A stretch of DNA of 64,000 nucleotides from an uncultured virus (IMG/VR IMGVR_UViG_3300038629_000369) (Duplodnaviria; Heunggongvirae; Uroviricota; Caudoviricetes), in the IMG/VR virus record IMGVR_UViG_3300038629_000369; one strand, given 5' to 3'. The position numbers and the translations under genes are program-made. The notes beneath the pieces are model-generated. The model searched no databases. It saw nothing but the letters and a program-made list of their open reading frames with translations, and was not told the origin of the DNA. Position 1 is the stretch's first letter. Each line of letters starts with the position of its first letter. Positions 59,790-64,000 of the stretch are shown piece after piece.

Positions 59790-59867
59790 TTATGCGTTAC
59801 GGTAATTAGTCATACGTTACGATAATACTCATACGTTACGGTAATTCACATTATCGTAACGTATGAG
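59790..59867. repeat. AT-rich cluster of four 17-bp repeats (3 direct, 1 inverted) at the strand-divergence point
   Basis: Consensus TCATACGTTACGRTAAT at 59790 (degenerate), 59810 and 59829; inverted copy at 59850-59866. Confidence 0.9.
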
Positions 59868-59992
59868 ACCGTTCGCCGCAACCGGCAGCCGCGACACAAC
59901 ATGAGGTGACAGCACCGACACGGAGTCAACGGGGCGCCGCGACGGAGCATCACTTGAGACACACACACAGCGCTGCGGCGCAACGGAGCAAC

Positions 59993-60322
59993 ATGAACAA
60001 CTGTATCTTCAAGAACACCAAGCGCGGCGGCAAGCGCGTCGTGATGGGCCCCACCTCACTCGTGAAGGCGGGCGCCACCGTCACGGTGGACGGCGCCGAC
60101 GTCGCCATCGACTCGGTCGGTCGCTCCTTCGAGCGTAGCGGCGTCGAATGCTGCTACGGCTACGGCGACTTCCCCAACGTCGCCGCGACCGCCGGGACCA
60201 CGGCCCCCGCTGCCACCGACGAAATCGCTCAGCTTCGCGCTGAGGTCGCCGCTTCGGCCGCACAGGTCGCACAACTGCTCAGAGCGCTCGGCGCTGAGCA
60301 GGACGCTGCCGGGCCCGTCTAG
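59993..60322 (+). CDS. First gene of the rightward arm, hypothetical
   Basis: GGAG RBS; ATG 59993. Confidence 0.55.
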   Translation: MNNCIFKNTKRGGKRVVMGPTSLVKAGATVTVDGADVAIDSVGRSFERSGVECCYGYGDFPNVAATAGTTAPAATDEIAQLRAEVAASAAQVAQLLRALGAEQDAAGPV

Positions 60323-61187
60323 CAGCAACACAACCCAGGACGCTGGGCCCCTCGTGGGCCCTGCCTCCTGGCCGGTGCCCGTGTCAACGGGCATCCGCCA
60401 GGGTGCATGACGCATCTGCCATAAGGAGGCGCTCTCTTAGCGCAACGCGAGCCCGTCAACGGGTGTCCGCGAGGGTGCATGACGCATCCGAACAACCCAC
60501 AAGCGAAAGGTGGACCCCATGGTCGCCCCCATCGCAACCGCACGGCCTTCCCTGGAGGGTGCGCGAGCTTAACGGGCGCTACACGTAACCAAAGTGCGGT
60601 AGGCCGCACAAGGCAGAGGGCTTTCGAGCCCCCTCACGGGGATCCGCTGACTGCAACGGGTCTCCGTGAGGGCGCACGACGGGAGGAATACACTTCCTGC
60701 CCCCGATCGTCTGCAACAACCACTTGCGCCATGCCGCTTAGCCGCGGCCGCTGGCGTAGAGATGTGAGCTGGACGTACCGGGGTGTCAAAGTGACAACGG
60801 CCGTCGTGCGTCCTGCTTTTTTGGAAAGGACAACTCCATTGCAACACACACAAATCCGACCGGGCGTCGTGAAACGCTCCCGGATCGTCACGGCGCTTCG
60901 GCGCGACGCGCGTGAGCGCGGCGTCGAGCTGGTATTCGACAGCCTCTGCTGGATCGTCTGGTATCGGTTCGCCGGCCGCAAGGTCAAGGCGGACACCTAC
61001 CGCTGCCCGCATACCGCACGAGCGGCCGCGAGCAAGCTCAACACCCTGCCCGCGCTGGATGCGTGGGTCACACGCTCCACCCGGTAACAACCGGCCAACA
61101 ATCCAAACAACGGAGGTCCACCATTCGTTAGGTCTCGTGGGGACATACGGGCGCGCTGCCCCGCTTAAATAACCGGCGCGTCCACAC

Positions 61188-61275
61188 CGCACGTCTCGCC
61201 AATAAGGCTCCGGGTAGGAGCGCCTGAACAGGGTCGGCGAGGCTCGACAGGGTTCGACTCCCTGGCGTGCGACCA
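61188..61275 (+). ncRNA. tRNA-like RNA 1 (acceptor stem, T-arm, CCA; no canonical anticodon arm)
   Basis: CGCACGT/GCGTGCG acceptor stem, CAGGG-TTCGACT-CCCTG T-arm, ACCA end. Confidence 0.55.
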
Positions 61276-61404
61276 TTCGTGTGCTCAAGCAGGGGCATGA
61301 GGACCGTGGGGAGACACCACCGGCTAAGAGAGGCCAGTGTCGGCCAGACCTCCGCTAGTGCTCCACGTGCAGGTTCGATTCCTGCCCCCGCTTGAGCACA
61401 CGAA
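61276..61404 (+). ncRNA. tRNA-like RNA 2 with extended terminal stem
   Basis: Perfect 15-bp stem 61276-61290/61390-61404; T-arm GCAGG-TTCGATT-CCTGC. Confidence 0.5.
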
Positions 61405-61747
61405 CAAAACACGCTAATCTCAAAACCTCAAAAAAAGGGGAACACCATGTCGGTCACTGATCTGGCCGCGCTCGTATCGTCGATTCCGACGCATACGGAT
61501 GCGTGGCTTGCGTCACTGCACCCGAACATGGCGGGCGTCGACAGCATTGCGCTGTTCTGCGTCGCCGTGATCTCATTGCTAGGCTCGCGAGCAATCGCGG
61601 GACGGAACTACAACCCATAGCGACCTGCGTCCAGCCTTCGGCTGGGCGCCTCGCTGGATGCTGTGGCAACGGGCAACCGCGACGCAGCATCGAGCGAGGC
61701 GAGGCAATCCTGCCACGTCTCAGTTTCCGGAAAGGGGAACAGTAACC

Positions 61748-62875
61748 ATGACAAGTCATGTCACGCTGGAGACTCCAGCAGAGACACGCGACCGCTGCAA
61801 AGCGCACGGTGCCGAGTGGCTCGGCGATCGGCTGTCCTTTCGACAGGCGGGCGCTAGCTACAAGCGCAACGTGGTCCGCGGCGTCTTCGATGCTCACGGC
61901 TACGGCAAGCATCTGCCTGCGGAGCCCAAGCCCGAGGCACAGCTCAAGCGAGCGGGCCGCGAGGGCCGCACGCCCAAGGGCTACATCACGCGACCGTTCG
62001 TGTCGCACAACCCCGACACGCCCATGGCGATCCATATCACCAAGGTCAGCGGCTCGGATGAGACCGGCGACAGCTACGACTGCCGCGCTCGGGTGCGCAT
62101 CGCGCACCGTCTCGACCCCGTCACCGGGCTTGCGGAGCCGTTCGCGGTGGCCAAGCCCCCCGAGGGCCAGACCGAATTCACGGACCTCACGGCCCGCGAC
62201 CGGGCCATCTGGATTGCCAATCATTGCAACGTGTTGTTGCACGAAGCGCAGAACAAGGATCTGGGTCTCTGGATCCGCTCGGTCTACACCGGCGTAGGCG
62301 CTGCTCAAGCGCTCGGCGGTGGAAACAACTACTGGGTGCCATCGGTCCTCTGCGACTCGATGCACGCCCTCATGGTGGACCTGGCCACACGGTTCGGCGT
62401 CCACTACGAACGCGACCCCAAGACCACCTTGGGAGCCCCGCACACCAAAGCGCTGTTCGCTCAAGCGGCCCAGCGCTCGCTGAGTGAGAGCGTGGCCGAA
62501 ATGCGGGACGAGCTGCTCACCGCCGTCGAAAAGAGCGGTGGCAAGCGCAAGCGCAACGCCAGCAACCAGCACCAGCTCGACCGGCTCGAATCGCTGGGCG
62601 ACAATATCGTGATGTGGAAAGACATCGTCGCTGAGCAGATCACCGGGCCCATGGCCGAGGTGTGCGAGCTGTATCGACAGCACTTCAACACGCTGATCGA
62701 CGGCGGCGAGGTCAAGCTCGACGACGACGACGGCGACGAGGGCGGCAACGCGCCGCCCGCGCCCAGCAGCGAGGGCTTCGCCCCCGCCAGCGAGCCGCCC
62801 GCGCAAGCGAGCGGCGAAGCGGTGCTCGCCGCGGCCGCCGCGGGCGACCCCGACCTCGACTGGCTCAACTGCTGA
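61748..62875 (+). CDS. Hypothetical protein (possibly DUF6744-like) with acidic tail
   Basis: AAAGGGGA RBS, ATG 61748; GGNNYWVP motif; family guess is weak. Confidence 0.5.
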   Translation: MTSHVTLETPAETRDRCKAHGAEWLGDRLSFRQAGASYKRNVVRGVFDAHGYGKHLPAEPKPEAQLKRAGREGRTPKGYITRPFVSHNPDTPMAIHITKVSGSDETGDSYDCRARVRIAHRLDPVTGLAEPFAVAKPPEGQTEFTDLTARDRAIWIANHCNVLLHEAQNKDLGLWIRSVYTGVGAAQALGGGNNYWVPSVLCDSMHALMVDLATRFGVHYERDPKTTLGAPHTKALFAQAAQRSLSESVAEMRDELLTAVEKSGGKRKRNASNQHQLDRLESLGDNIVMWKDIVAEQITGPMAEVCELYRQHFNTLIDGGEVKLDDDDGDEGGNAPPAPSSEGFAPASEPPAQASGEAVLAAAAAGDPDLDWLNC

Positions 62876-62917
62876 GCCATCCCGATTCCCCAGCGCGCCG
62901 CTCGCGGTGCGCTGGGG

Positions 62918-63007
62918 CGTCTAAGAGTGCCGTCAAGCGGCCCTTTCCGTCACGTGTGTTGTGTCTACTTTCTGCTTTCCGCAACCGCTTGACGGCACCC
63001 TTAGACG
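62918..63007. repeat. 23-bp inverted repeat with a 44-nt spacer
   Basis: CGTCTAAGAGTGCCGTCAAGCGG / CCGCTTGACGGCACCCTTAGACG, one mismatch. Confidence 0.8.
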
Positions 63008-63212
63008 TTCAAACCATCACCCCGAAAGCACCAATCGCAATGTGTCAATGGATCGGCTGGACCCGCGGCTACGTGGGGCACGCATGGCTCAACGGAGAGC
63101 TGAGCACAGCAGAGCTGCACGACCACTGCACCGGTTTCGAGTACCTGCGCGCACAGCATGACCGCTATGTGGAACGGCTCGTGTCGCGCTACGACCGAAG
63201 GGACATATCGAG

Positions 63213-63446
63213 ATGAGCAAGAAAATTCTGCATACCCAGCTACTGGGGCGCCGCGTCAAGTTCGACGACGGTATCAACGACAAGATCGCCGGCGAGACGG
63301 CTACCATCCGGTCGGTCTTTATCGATCGTGAAAGCGGCGATCCGATCTACAGCGTCGAGTTGGATGACGGGCGACTATTCGAGGGAGCCACGTCGACATT
63401 CTTCACCCTGTTACAAGAGCAGCTCGACGATGAGGTATCGCGATGA
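63213..63446 (+). CDS. Small SH3-like hypothetical protein
   Basis: GRRVKF...YSVELDDG beta pattern; AAGGGA RBS. Confidence 0.5.
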   Translation: MSKKILHTQLLGRRVKFDDGINDKIAGETATIRSVFIDRESGDPIYSVELDDGRLFEGATSTFFTLLQEQLDDEVSR

Positions 63447-63730
63447 GCGACAACCTCATGACCGAGCGCATCTACATGGCCATCGGTGGCCACGGCTGGG
63501 GCAAGGGCCTTAGCGCCGACGAGGCGAAGCGCCAGGCGCGCCAGCGCGCAAAGCGCGGCACCCGCTTGCGCGTCTACCGGCTGCCACGTGGCGCGCACAG
63601 CGCCTACGTTAACGAGATGGGTGACCTGCGCTGGCTTTTTCAGGACGGCGCCGACACCGAGGCTCAGGCCGAATTGGTGGAGCCCCGGCCGCGAGTGCAA
63701 CGGGCAACCGCGACGGAGCATGGGGCATGA
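63443..63730 (+). CDS. Hypothetical protein
   Basis: ATGA overlap, GAGG RBS. Confidence 0.5.
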   Translation: MSDNLMTERIYMAIGGHGWGKGLSADEAKRQARQRAKRGTRLRVYRLPRGAHSAYVNEMGDLRWLFQDGADTEAQAELVEPRPRVQRATATEHGA

Positions 63731-63924
63731 CCACTATCGAGCTGACCGCCGACGAGCTGCACGTCATCACGGGCGCGCTGCGCGTGGCCGGCACGCAGTA
63801 CGACAGGGACGCAAAAGATATGCGCTTCAGTGTCCCCGTTAACGAGCGGCTAGTGGAACAATTCGACCGCCAAGCGAGCGACGCGCGGCAGCTTCTCGAA
63901 CGACTGGAGAATCTCGATGACTGA
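63727..63924 (+). CDS. Hypothetical protein; ATG lies 14 nt after the repeat motif
   Basis: 65-aa ORF. Confidence 0.55.
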   Translation: MTTIELTADELHVITGALRVAGTQYDRDAKDMRFSVPVNERLVEQFDRQASDARQLLERLENLDD

Positions 63925-64000
63925 ACTACTCGACTGGGGACTGCGACACGCGGTGCCCAAGCACGCACCCGTCGCGTGGGGCGCTCGCGCCATCATCCAC

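Larger units (their letters stand above)
36742..63712. promoter_or_regulatory. Dispersed 16-bp motif GCAACGGGCAACCGCG, about 19 copies, putative element-specific promoter
   Basis: Minus-strand copies at 36742, 40491, 48436, 49661, 51818, 53986, 55175, 56805, 58102, 58823, 59715, 59764; plus-strand copies at 59878, 59926, 60384, 60456, 60653, 61666, 63697. Confidence 0.75.

Noticed and set aside
61188..61275. Canonical tRNA call
   Set aside because: No properly placed D-arm or 7-nt anticodon loop, so no isotype could be assigned.
48436..63712. Dispersed 16-bp repeats as a CRISPR array or integron attC sites
   Set aside because: Spacing is irregular and gene-sized, no cas genes were seen, and there are no RYYYAAC/GTTRRRY ends. 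Fixed distance to ATG/YR and the strand flip fit a promoter better.

Overview
GC-rich, gene-dense window that looks like part of a large bacterial virus genome or virus-like element. No housekeeping operons, rRNA or CRISPR were seen, and no terminase, portal or major capsid gene was recognised. Layout: (1) 0.2-8.4 kb (+): virion/fibre genes sharing beta-rich repeat modules. (2) 8.4-24.3 kb (+): membrane proteins and an enzyme cluster (HExxH peptidase, a/b-hydrolase, ART-GNAT fusion, kinase-like protein, apparently permuted ART, ParB-like protein, metallophosphatase) plus a 1326-aa tyrosine recombinase. Many of these carry a short hydrophobic-x-x-N(P) motif at termini or domain borders. (3) 24.3-28.2 kb (-): membrane and lysis-like genes. 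(4) An SNF2 helicase. (5) 30-59.7 kb (-): a long array of small early/accessory genes including DUF1643, DUF2786, a DEDD exonuclease, a J-domain protein, an HD hydrolase and a MoxR AAA+/vWA pair. (6) A transcription divergence point at about 59.8 kb holding an AT-rich lox/FRT-like repeat cluster. (7) 59.9-64 kb (+): small genes and two tRNA-like RNAs with no canonical anticodon arm. A 16-bp motif (GCAACGGGCAACCGCG) recurs about 19 times, always co-oriented with transcription, with fixed spacing to a downstream YR step or ATG, consistent with an element-specific promoter. All product calls come from motif recognition by eye, not from database searches.
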